Part shown: one piece after another, positions 20,434 through 29,040 of the stretch
How positions within the stretch are numbered: position 1 is the stretch's first letter
Layout: the number at the start of each line of letters is the position of its first letter
Source of the DNA: an uncultured Actinomycetota bacterium
GTDB lineage: Bacteria; Actinomycetota; Actinomycetes; Streptosporangiales; Streptosporangiaceae
Length of the DNA: 64,000 bases
Direction of reading: 5' to 3'
NCBI GenBank assembly: GCA_963808215.1
Contig: CAWEEY010000012.1
Span: forward strand, 20,409-84,408
Made by a program: the position numbers and the translations under genes
Notes under the pieces: generated by a model
Databases searched by the model: none
What the model was told of the DNA's origin: nothing
The model's input: only the letters and a program-made list of their open reading frames with translations

Positions 20434-20643
20434 ATGAGCATCAGCATCCAGACCCTGAACGACACCATCATCGCTCTGATCACCACCGTCGGCATTGCCG
20501 TGGCGCTGTCGCTCGCGTTCCTCGCAGCCGGCGCCTTCGCGCAGCGCAGCCGGGCGCACGCCCGCGCGGCAGTTCGCACGGTCGCGGCGCCCGCTCCGCA
20601 CCCGACCCAGACCGACGATGTCCGCGAGCTGGTGCTGCGGTAA
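20434..20643 (+). CDS. Small single-pass membrane protein (69 aa), unknown function
   Basis: ATG at 20434, preceded by AAGGGGA. Hydrophobic stretch IIALITTVGIAVALSLAFLAAGAF. Confidence 0.5.
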   Translation: MSISIQTLNDTIIALITTVGIAVALSLAFLAAGAFAQRSRAHARAAVRTVAAPAPHPTQTDDVRELVLR

Positions 20644-20767
20644 GTCGCGCACTCTCGCCAGGAGCAGCAGAGCCGGGCTAGCCAGGAGCAGCAGTACCGC
20701 CACGAGGGACGACGCCGCCGGCGTCGCCCCTCGATGCATTCATCGGGCCCCTGCGCATGGCAGCGTC

Positions 20768-21742
20768 CTAGTCGCCTGCCGCGGACTCAGGCGGCGGCGG
20801 CAGCCCTGGGTGCCGTCCGTGACCGGCGCCCCTCGGACGGCGAGCCGTCCGCTGGTCAAATGGCAGACCCGCCCGATCGCCTGCGATCCGGAATAGCACT
20901 CCAGCCCAGGTCCGGAATGGACGCCACGCCTCGGCCAGCCGCTCAATCGCCTCGTCGTCGGGTGTGTCCGCCAGCCCGTAATAATGCCGCAGGTATCCGG
21001 CCAGCCACGGCTCGCCAAGCGCCAGCCCGTCAGTCACCCCGGTCGATCGCCCGTACACGAGCATCGAGTACACCGGGCCAAGGCCACTGATCTGCTGCAG
21101 CCACGGCAGCGCGCGGTCGGCCGGCATCGCACGCAGCGCCGCTACGTCGAGGTGCCCGGCGATCGCGGCGCGGGCTACCCCGTGAAGTCTGGCCATCCGC
21201 TGCTCATCGATACCTGGGAAGCTGGCAACGTCGAGCAGCCGGTCAGGCAACGGGAAGGCGTGCTCGGTCTGGCCAGCCAGCTCGAACGCGATCCCGGCTG
21301 CCTCCGATAGGCGCCTGTGCAGCGCCATAGCCTGCGCGCGATGCCGACGCTGTGACAGCACGGCCCAGGCGGCTGCCTCGTAGGGCGAATGAAAAAGCAC
21401 CGGGCGGTGGCCGGGGTAATCGGCCTGCATGCGCCCGAGCACGGGGTCGGCCCGACCCGCGGCGAGCCAGCCGGTGATGTCGGTGTCGATCGACAGGATT
21501 CGCCTGATCTGATTCACGGCGACCTGGATACTGGCGTCGCCATGGAGCTCCATGGTGAGGGCGCCTTCGGACTCCTGCCGGAGGACCGCTCCGGCGTAAC
21601 TGTCCAGGTCGTCGGCCACGAACGCGAGCCGCATCACGTCGGCGTCCGGCTGCGGGCGTCCTGCGTTCGGGCCGAAGCCGAACGACGCGGCAGCGGAGAA
21701 CGAGAACGGCCCGTCGACTGTGATCGTGATCTGCGTCGGCAT
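20768..21742 (-). CDS. DNA-3-methyladenine glycosylase 2 (AlkA-like, HhH-GPD) family protein
   Basis: Start MPTQITITV at 21742. SPYEAAAWAVLSQR...ISGLGPV... is typical of the family. Confidence 0.8.
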   Translation of the reverse strand: MPTQITITVDGPFSFSAAASFGFGPNAGRPQPDADVMRLAFVADDLDSYAGAVLRQESEGALTMELHGDASIQVAVNQIRRILSIDTDITGWLAAGRADPVLGRMQADYPGHRPVLFHSPYEAAAWAVLSQRRHRAQAMALHRRLSEAAGIAFELAGQTEHAFPLPDRLLDVASFPGIDEQRMARLHGVARAAIAGHLDVAALRAMPADRALPWLQQISGLGPVYSMLVYGRSTGVTDGLALGEPWLAGYLRHYYGLADTPDDEAIERLAEAWRPFRTWAGVLFRIAGDRAGLPFDQRTARRPRGAGHGRHPGLPPPPESAAGD

Positions 21743-21879
21743 GACGGCACCTGCCAAGGGAACGGGGTGAGCCGGGCTAAACCGCGGCCCGCGGAGCTGC
21801 AGTCGCCGAAGCGGCCTCGTTCCCTGGTATAGACCCTGCTACCGACAAAACAGCGCTACTCACAAAGAGCGGACGCTGG

Positions 21880-22279
21880 TCACGCGGAGCTGGCTGGCCC
21901 AGTTCGGCTGAAGGCCTCGTACTCGGCAGCCATCTCACGCAGCACAACCAGGCCTGCGCGCAGGGCCGCGACGCCGTCGGCCTTCAGGCGCCTGGTGAGT
22001 TCGTCATCGACCTGGGTCGCGGCCTGCCAGCCGGCAGTCGCGGCTGCCTCCCCGCGGGGAGTCAGGGCGTTCGGCCAGGACACCGTCACAGAAGGCGGCC
22101 CCGGCGCGGCTCAGGGCGACCAGGTGCGGGGCGTTCACGGCGCGCCAGCGGCTCTCGTGGTAGCCATTGCGGACCACCAGCCGCCGGGCACCCTCGCGGA
22201 CAATCTCATCGGTCAGCGACGGCGGGCGATCCTTCTCGCCCTCGTGGCCAGGGCAGCCGTCAGGGACTACGGCGAGCAT
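21880..22279 (-). CDS. Hypothetical protein with a MarR-like C-terminal helical segment, split over two frames
   Basis: ORF 22004..22312 (from MLAVVPDG at 22279) and ORF 21880..22089 (LTPRGEAAATAGW...LRAGLVVL). The assignment is weak. Confidence 0.35.
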
Positions 22280-22500
22280 CGGGTTGTACCTTCCCGACCG
22301 GTGAGCCGACACCGGCCAATGCTTGAGGCCGCCACTCGATCACCGGGGGAGGTACACCCCTCTCCGGCCGTTCCACATGTTTCAAGCATTGCTCTCTGAT
22401 CAACAAAGGCAACCTGTCACCTGTAGCTTCCGCCGGCAGGATCCGGTCCTGATCGCCTTGCACTACCAGGCTGCGGCAGCCGCCCGGCTCAGGCGGACCG

Positions 22501-23631
22501 CTAGAGCCTGCCGTTGATCGAGATCCTGGCGAGGGTCCGTCCGCCGTGGATGGAGCAGCCGCTCGCCGCCCAGGTGGCAGAGGTTCCGGGAATGCCAGCC
22601 ATTCCGCCGAAGAAGCCGACCGGCTCGCAGCCGGAACCGAACACCCAGCCTGACTCAGGCGTGTACCACTGCCCGCCCGTCTCATGCAGCCATGGCCCGG
22701 CCCAGACCCCGCCACGGCCGTCGGCTGCGGCGGGAGAAGCGCCGCCGATCGCTGGGACCGTATACCGCGCCCAGCGCCGGCCGTTCCAGTGGGCGACGGT
22801 CGAATCGGCCACCTGTCCCCACTGCCGGGCCGAGTAGCCGGTCAACCAAACATCCGCGGGCGAGTGCACGGCGATCGATGCGTCATACAGGGCGGGTCCG
22901 GGCACGCGCCGCCAGAACCCGCCTGCATACCGGTAGATCCGCTCAGGGGAGTAGTAGATAGAGGTCCCGCCGACTGCCCACAGGTCGGTATCCGCTGTGC
23001 CGCTGACATCATTGACGGCAGCAGGGATCGAGGTTGCCGCCCAGGCATTGCCGCTGCCCTCCCACATGGTGGTGACTTGCTGCCCCTTGGCGTTCTGAAC
23101 GGCCTCGCTGAGCCAGGCATCGTCGCGGCTGAACGCAACGCCCAGCAATGACCCGGCCGAGTTCCACGCGTTCGCGGGCGCGGCCGGCAACGGCACTATG
23201 TGCCAGCGGCCGCCGGCTCGATGCAGCGCGACGCCGGCGGTAACCTCCTGCCCGGCTGGAGGCAGGGCGTATCCGAAGATCCAGGGATCAGCCGGGTGGC
23301 CGGCGGCGATGGTCACTGGCGTGAAGTCGCGGATCGGCAACGCGGCCAGCTGCCACCGGCGGCCGTTCCAGTGAGCCGCGAATGCGCTGGCGTTCGTGTG
23401 CCCGCGCAGCCGCACGCCGGCCGCCCAGGCGTTATCCCGGCTGGTTGCCTCAATCGTGGTGAACGCGGCGGAGCCGGCAATGTCCGCCTGATAGCGCAGG
23501 TGCCAGTTCGGCCCGACGAGAAGGGGCTCAGGCGCGCCCGCGGTGGCCGCTAGCGAGGACGGCGCGGTACTTGCCAACGCTATGGCTGCCAGGCCCGCCA
23601 GCGGCAGGACGCGCCGCATTGTGCGTTTCAT
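22501..23631 (-). CDS. Secreted repeat protein (beta-propeller-like, recurring HWNGRRW motif)
   Basis: Start MKRTMRRVLPLAGLAAIALA at 23631 (signal peptide). The motifs AHWNGRRWQL, HRAGGRWHIV, YAGGFWRRV and AHWNGRRWAR recur. Confidence 0.7.
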   Translation of the reverse strand: MKRTMRRVLPLAGLAAIALASTAPSSLAATAGAPEPLLVGPNWHLRYQADIAGSAAFTTIEATSRDNAWAAGVRLRGHTNASAFAAHWNGRRWQLAALPIRDFTPVTIAAGHPADPWIFGYALPPAGQEVTAGVALHRAGGRWHIVPLPAAPANAWNSAGSLLGVAFSRDDAWLSEAVQNAKGQQVTTMWEGSGNAWAATSIPAAVNDVSGTADTDLWAVGGTSIYYSPERIYRYAGGFWRRVPGPALYDASIAVHSPADVWLTGYSARQWGQVADSTVAHWNGRRWARYTVPAIGGASPAAADGRGGVWAGPWLHETGGQWYTPESGWVFGSGCEPVGFFGGMAGIPGTSATWAASGCSIHGGRTLARISINGRL

Positions 23632-23691
23632 CGACCCCGCCGATCGCACTTGCCAGCAAGATTGGCGACATCATAAGCGCGCCCTTCTGGC

Positions 23692-24282
23692 GTGTCTAGG
23701 AACGTTATGTACATTCCGTTCCCGCAGGGTAGCGACGATCGCGGATGCCTTCAGCGCGATAGCTCACACGCGACCCGTTTCCGGGGAAGCGCCGAGCGGC
23801 GGGTGAGCCGGGCCAACTCCTACCCTGGCTGTGTGATTAGTGACGGGGATCCCTGGGCTGACCGCGAAGGGCCTTACTCACTCCCCAGGTATGTTACGGA
23901 GCAGCCCGCTAAGGACTTCTTCATCCCGTACGCGAACGACCCCGCCAAAGCCGAGGATCTGTGGTCAAGCTGCGCCGCACGTTACGCGGCCAGCAGGCGC
24001 GTGTACTCCCTGACCTACACACACAACGACCAGAAGATCGAAGTGCAGGTCGGCCAGGAGCGCAGGGTATACAGCCGCAGAGGCGGTCGCGGCGGCCACG
24101 TTCCCAGCACTGACTTCGATCGCCGCGGCAAGCGGGAGGGATCGACTGTGCTCGCCATCGTAGACGCCGGCGTCGTGATCGAGATCTGGTCCATGGCTAT
24201 GACTGGCAGATGGGCGAATCCGACAATCGTCGACCCCTGGGCTCTGGAGCGCATCCAGTATTTCAAGCCATCCGCGCCCTAG
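23692..24282 (+). CDS. Hypothetical protein (no family recognised); start uncertain
   Basis: 196-aa ORF with lower GC than its neighbours (35/60 over 23881-23940). Confidence 0.45.
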   Translation: MSRNVMYIPFPQGSDDRGCLQRDSSHATRFRGSAERRVSRANSYPGCVISDGDPWADREGPYSLPRYVTEQPAKDFFIPYANDPAKAEDLWSSCAARYAASRRVYSLTYTHNDQKIEVQVGQERRVYSRRGGRGGHVPSTDFDRRGKREGSTVLAIVDAGVVIEIWSMAMTGRWANPTIVDPWALERIQYFKPSAP

Positions 24283-24480
24283 CCGCGCCATTGTGCTCGG
24301 GCCAAGACGACGGCCTCGACACGGGCCGCGCCGCCCTGGTCGAGCAGGCAGCCAGCAACAGCGTCGAGCTGAGTGCCGGTCGTGCAGACGTCGTCTATCA
24401 ACACGACAGTCTCAACGTGGATCCGGACGGATTCCCTGACGGCAACCACAAGGCGCCGGTCAAAGCACTGTCGAGGTAGC
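24279..24480 (-). pseudogene. Truncated C-terminal remnant of a ComF-type phosphoribosyltransferase
   Basis: The minus strand reads ...VVLIDDVCTTGTQLDAVAGCLLDQGGAARVEAVVLARAQWRG*. About 70 nt are near-identical to 26420-26495. There is no start codon, and it begins right after the stop of the upstream gene. Confidence 0.6.
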
Positions 24481-25041
24481 TCAGCCGCAGTCGAGGACGC
24501 CGTAGAGATACCAGCCGGGGTTCAGCGCGGGAGCGATCAGCATCTTGGACGCGCCGTGACCTGACTGGTGCAGGCTGGCTGGGTAGTCGTGCCTGAAGTA
24601 GCAGATGTAGTCGCCACGACCGCTATCGAGCGTGCAATACCGCAGCTGGAGGTTCACCGCCTCCGATCGCATCTGCATCAGCTCGCGGTAGGACCCCGGC
24701 GTCGTCACGGCGTGCAGCGCCGCGGCGTCATGCCCGTTGTAGGCGCCGGCCAGGTAGATCATCGCCGAAGCCGGGGACCTGAAGCGCGGCCCGGTGTAGG
24801 CCGAGGCGGCAGGCGTCGACGTGCTGCCCGACGGGGAGGCCGCTCCCGGCGAAGCGGACACACTACTGACCGGACGCGTTGCCTGTGACTGCCGGGCTAC
24901 GACCTCCGTCGCGGATCGCGTGACCGCATGCGAACGGGCAGGTGCGGCTTGATCCCGCGAAGCCAGTCCGCATCCGGTTGCGGCGCTGACAAGTCCGGCG
25001 GCTAGACCCAAGAGTGCCAATCCTCGCAACGTGCTGTTCAT
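24481..25041 (-). CDS. Putative lipoprotein
   Basis: MNSTLRGLALLGLAAGLVSAATGCG signal peptide and lipobox. Ser/Pro/Ala-rich linker. Confidence 0.7.
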   Translation of the reverse strand: MNSTLRGLALLGLAAGLVSAATGCGLASRDQAAPARSHAVTRSATEVVARQSQATRPVSSVSASPGAASPSGSTSTPAASAYTGPRFRSPASAMIYLAGAYNGHDAAALHAVTTPGSYRELMQMRSEAVNLQLRYCTLDSGRGDYICYFRHDYPASLHQSGHGASKMLIAPALNPGWYLYGVLDCG

Positions 25042-25389
25042 CGTTAGTCCTTCGCATCCGTAGGTCGCCAGTTGGCGTTAGATGCGATCGTGCACGCCCG
25101 GTCAGTTGTCGGCCAAGGGGAAGTCTCCCCAGATTGGGATGGGGTCCCCATGGTCGTCTTGACTGTCCGGGTAGCGGAGACCCGCGGCTGAAGACGTCCA
25201 CAAGATCCCGCCGAACCGCTTGCAGCCGACGCGCACCGGGTCATCATGACCGGCCACGTCGTCGGCAAGCTGGCGCTGATCCCGTAGCCCGCGGGCCTTG
25301 GCCGGGCCTCGCCGGTGCTGCCACACTGTGTCCCGACCGGGAGCGGACAAACCCGGACGCACGGGCTGAAGTGCGAGGAAGGGACGAGC

Positions 25390-26232
25390 ATGCAGGATCT
25401 CGCGGGCAAGGTCGCGGTCGTCACCGGCGCGGCCAGCGGCATCGGGCTGGCGGTAAGCAGGCGCCTTGGCGGCGATGGCATGCGGGTCATGATGGCCGAC
25501 GTGGAAGAGCCGGCCCTCGCGACCGCGGCGAAGATGCTTGCGGCAGAGGGAATCGAGGTGGCCGTGGAGCTGACCGACGTCAGCGACTCAGGGTCGGTTG
25601 ACGCGCTCGCCCGAGCAACACTCGCCCGCTTCGGCGCGGTGCACGTCGTCTGCAACAACGCGGGCGTGGCGGGCGGCGGACCGAGCTGGGACATCCCGCT
25701 GTCGACCTGGAACTGGGTCATAGGCGTCAACATGTTCGGCGTCGTCCACGGGATAAGGGCATTCCTCCCTCATCTCATCGCTCAGGGCGAGGGCCACGTC
25801 GTCAACACCGCGTCGGTCGCAGGGCTGCTCGCCGCGCCGTGGCTCGGCCCTTACAACGCGAGCAAGCACGCCGTCGTCGCGATATCGGAGTCCTTGTACC
25901 ACGAGCTGGCGGCCATCGGTTCGCCGGTCGGGGTATCGGTGCTCTGTCCCGGCTTCGTGCGGACCAGGATCGGCGAGGCCGACCGCAACCGGCCGACCAG
26001 GTTCGCTGTCGCTGCCGGTCAGGAAGAGCCAGTTCACGAGCAGCTCAGGGAGGCACTGGCCGCGGCGACCGAGGCCGGTAGCGACCCGGCGGTCGTCGCC
26101 ACGGCCGTTCGGGACGCCATCGTCGACGGCAGATTCTGGATCCTCACCCACCCCGAGTTCGGTCCGCGAATCGTCGCCAGATTCGGCAGGGCAGCCGATG
26201 GGCGCAACCCCAAGCAGGCCGGGCTCGCCTGA
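25390..26232 (+). CDS. SDR family oxidoreductase
   Basis: Start MQDLAGKVAVVTGAASGIG at 25390. NNAG and YNASK are present. Confidence 0.9.
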   Translation: MQDLAGKVAVVTGAASGIGLAVSRRLGGDGMRVMMADVEEPALATAAKMLAAEGIEVAVELTDVSDSGSVDALARATLARFGAVHVVCNNAGVAGGGPSWDIPLSTWNWVIGVNMFGVVHGIRAFLPHLIAQGEGHVVNTASVAGLLAAPWLGPYNASKHAVVAISESLYHELAAIGSPVGVSVLCPGFVRTRIGEADRNRPTRFAVAAGQEEPVHEQLREALAAATEAGSDPAVVATAVRDAIVDGRFWILTHPEFGPRIVARFGRAADGRNPKQAGLA

Positions 26233-26358
26233 GCCCGGCTGCCAATCCCGCCGTGGGCTGCGACGGGGCGGCCTGGTTTCAATAGAGCTGCGCGGCCGGG
26301 AACATGTGTACCAACTCGACTCCGAGCGCTTGCTCGCAGTGTCGCAGGCATGGCTCAG

Positions 26359-27120
26359 CTATTTCGGCTGAGCGCTCGAAGCTAAGCGCCACGGGGCGCG
26401 AGCCAGGACTACCGCTTCGACGCGCGCTGCGCCGCCCTGGTCGAGCAGGCAGCCGGCAACCGCGTCGAGCTGCGTACCGGTCGTGCAGACGTCGTCGTAA
26501 ATCAGGATGAAGTTCCCGGCAGTCCGGCGCGGGTCCGGCACCATCAGAGCACTGCGCAGCTCATAACCGGTCGCCCGTTTCGACCAGGCCTGCGCGTCGG
26601 CTGACTTGAGCGTCGCCTGCGTCTTGATGATCGCGGGTGGCGACAAGGTATCGAACCGCCACCGCCCGGAAGCGTCGGCGCCCGCGGCGGCGGCCAGCAC
26701 AGCCTCCGCATGTCCGAACTCCTGGCCGCCGGGACCGGTGAAGCCCGGGTTCGCGACGATGAGCCCGGGCGGGTCGGTGGCCATGGTCTCGTCCAGCCAG
26801 GCCAGTAGCAGCCGGCCGAGCACGACCGCCCAGCTGCGGGTGCCGCGGTACTTGTAGGAATTGATGACCTGGCGCAGCGACCCGGACTGATAGCCGATCG
26901 CGTGGATCTTGCTGATGCGACGGCGCGGACTGCGGCACAGCTCGTTCGGGCATCCGCCCGCCGGATGGGGACGCTGCGAGCAAATCGGGCAGCAATCCGG
27001 GCCCGGCCGGCTTAACTGGCGGCTAGCGCAGGCGAGGCACATCCAGGCGGGCCCGTCACTGAAGTTCCCGCAGTCATGACACTCCGGGAACTCGGCCAGA
27101 CGCGGCAGCCAGTCGGTCAT
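26359..27120 (-). CDS. ComF family protein (double zinc-ribbon + type I phosphoribosyltransferase domain)
   Basis: Start MTDWLPRL at 27120. Cys clusters (CHDC...CLAC, CPIC...C..ELC). PRPP-binding loop ILIYDDVCTTGTQ. Confidence 0.8.
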   Translation of the reverse strand: MTDWLPRLAEFPECHDCGNFSDGPAWMCLACASRQLSRPGPDCCPICSQRPHPAGGCPNELCRSPRRRISKIHAIGYQSGSLRQVINSYKYRGTRSWAVVLGRLLLAWLDETMATDPPGLIVANPGFTGPGGQEFGHAEAVLAAAAGADASGRWRFDTLSPPAIIKTQATLKSADAQAWSKRATGYELRSALMVPDPRRTAGNFILIYDDVCTTGTQLDAVAGCLLDQGGAARVEAVVLARAPWRLASSAQPK

Positions 27121-27211
27121 AGTGCGACGACCGTAGCCGCTGGTGCCGACACTCGCCGTCAGCCAGACCCGACGCCGGTTGCCTCGCCTGCCCGTCGGAA
27201 GGGCGTGGTCG

Positions 27212-28712
27212 TTACCGCGGGCTTGCCCGCACGGGCAGGCCGGGCATCGCAGTTGGCACGAGGGCACTATCGCGAACCACGAAGCTGCCGTTCACCAGGA
27301 CGTGCCTGATTCCGCTTGACGGCCGGGTGGGCAGTGCGTAGGTCGCCTGGTCGCTAACTGTCGCCGCGTCAAAGACGACGATGTCGGCGTCGCAGCCCGG
27401 CTGCAGGCGGCCCTTGCGCCGCATCGCAGGAACGCGGTCCTGGAGCAGGCGCGCCGGAAGCAGGCTGCTGCGCCGCAGCGTCTCGGTCAGGCCAAGCGGG
27501 CCGCCGGCGCCCACAGGACCGCCGTGATCGGCGGCGAGCATCCGCAGTGCGCGGCTGAACGTGCCGAGGGTGCGCGGGTGCGTGATCGCACCCGCCGGGA
27601 GCGGCCACGTCATCTGGTCGGGAACGGGCCCTGGCCAGGTCAGCGGCATCGCGTCGCTGACCACTATCGAGTCAGGGAACACCAGCGACCGAAGCAGCAC
27701 GTCGAGATCGGCAGGGTCGTCCTCATCCAGCTGCCGGATGATCGCCAGGCCGCCCGGATCGGCCGCGCGCAGTTCCCGGAGCCTGGCCTCGTCAGCCACC
27801 CGCTCGCCTGTAGGCGCGTAGGTAAGGGAAGTCGGCGTCAGGTTGCGCTCGTGCAGCCGCTCGGGTGCAAGGAACGCCGCTCCTATGCCCGTCATCCCGG
27901 ACCCGTACGGATAAGCCTCGGTGGAGACGCGCGAACCAGCCGCCTGCGCGCGGCCGACGAGTTCCAGCACGCGGTCGATATGCCGATTCGAGGTGCTGTT
28001 GACGTGGCAGTAGTGCATCTGCGCGCCTGTCTCGGCGGCAGCGCGGACAATCTCCTCGGCGCCGTCGACAAGCGCATCCGGCGCCAGCTCGATCAGGTCG
28101 CGTGCGTGCGTGAAGGTCGGGACGTCTGCCTGCGCGGCCAGCGCGGCGACCCGCAAGTACTCATCGGGGTGCGTGCCAGGCGCGTAGCCCACCATCACGC
28201 CGATACCGAGCGCGCCGTCAGCCAGGTCGGCGGCGAGCCGGGTCAGGATGGCGCTGACCTGGCCGGGCGTGGCGGAACCCTGCCAGGCCGGTGTCGCGAT
28301 GTTGGCCAGGAACGTGTCGATCCGGCCGTCGAGGGCGACGCCGCCGACGGCCTCCATCCGGGCGAGCGCCCAGGATGCTGCGAAGCCGTAATTGACGGGG
28401 CGGCCCTCGGCCTTCGCGCGCTCGTAGGCGGCGGCTACCGGGGCGGCCCCGGCCTCGAGCTCGAGCGCGGTCGTAACCCCGTCGAGCGCGCGGAGCCGGA
28501 GGCCGGCCACATCAGCGGTATGGCTGTGCAGGTCGATGAACCCTGCCGTCACCACGTGCCCTGCGACGTCGACGTCCACTCTGGCCGCGCGGAAGCGCGG
28601 TCCCCACCTCGGCGATCTGACTGCCGGTGACGGTTACATCCCGGATCTCGTCCAGGCCCGTCTCAGGGTCGATGACGCGTCCGCCGCGCAGGACGATCTC
28701 AGGACTGGTCAC
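27212..28712 (-). CDS. N-acyl-D-amino-acid deacylase (D-aminoacylase) family amidohydrolase, frame broken near 28585
   Basis: GTG at 28712 (VTSPEIVLRGGRVIDPETG) in ORF 28512..28853. GFIDLHSH and the rest are in ORF 27212..28579. Confidence 0.8.
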
Positions 28713-29040
28713 GTTGCTGCACTCCGCTAACTCGCCGGCCGGTCGCGGCCGAGCGCGCCGCTGTGGCGTTGATCGAGGCAGCCACAGCGTGAGCGAGCGT
28801 CCGGTATTGCTCCTGCGTGATCTCTCCCCGGTCGTATGCCCCGGTAACGTCATCGAACGAGCCGGCTATGTCGGGCTCCGGATCGCGCTGGGCGGCAGCA
28901 GCGAGCTCCAGGTACGTTCGGGGTTCCGGCACTGCTGGGTCTGCCCAGGGTCGCTCGCGGAAGCGCAGTGCCACCTGGTCAAGGTTCATTGAGCCTGACC
29001 GCAAGGCTGCGATCAGGTCACTTACCTCAGTGCTGCTCAT
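28699..29040 (-). CDS. Small hypothetical protein (113 aa) translationally coupled to the zeta-toxin-like gene
   Basis: The ATG at 29040 overlaps the upstream stop (ATGA at 29037-29040). Its 3' end overlaps the amidohydrolase start by 14 nt. Confidence 0.6.
   Translation of the reverse strand: MSSTEVSDLIAALRSGSMNLDQVALRFRERPWADPAVPEPRTYLELAAAAQRDPEPDIAGSFDDVTGAYDRGEITQEQYRTLAHAVAASINATAARSAATGRRVSGVQQRDQS

Noticed and set aside
22260-22500. Alpha/beta-hydrolase C-terminus-like translation on the minus strand (LVVQGDQDRILPAE...LKHVE...)
   Set aside because: It is only about 50 aa of weak, generic similarity with no start codon, and its N-terminal part would overlap the secreted repeat-protein gene. 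It may be a gene remnant, but the support is not enough for a feature.
26353-26373. Hairpin GCTCAGC-tatttcg-GCTGAGC between convergent genes, considered as a terminator
   Set aside because: The stem is only 7 bp, it overlaps the ComF stop codon, and no U-tract follows on either strand. This is too weak to call.
27524-28630. 368-aa ORF on the plus strand
   Set aside because: It is antisense to the D-aminoacylase-family gene, which shows the HSH metal-binding motif on the minus strand.
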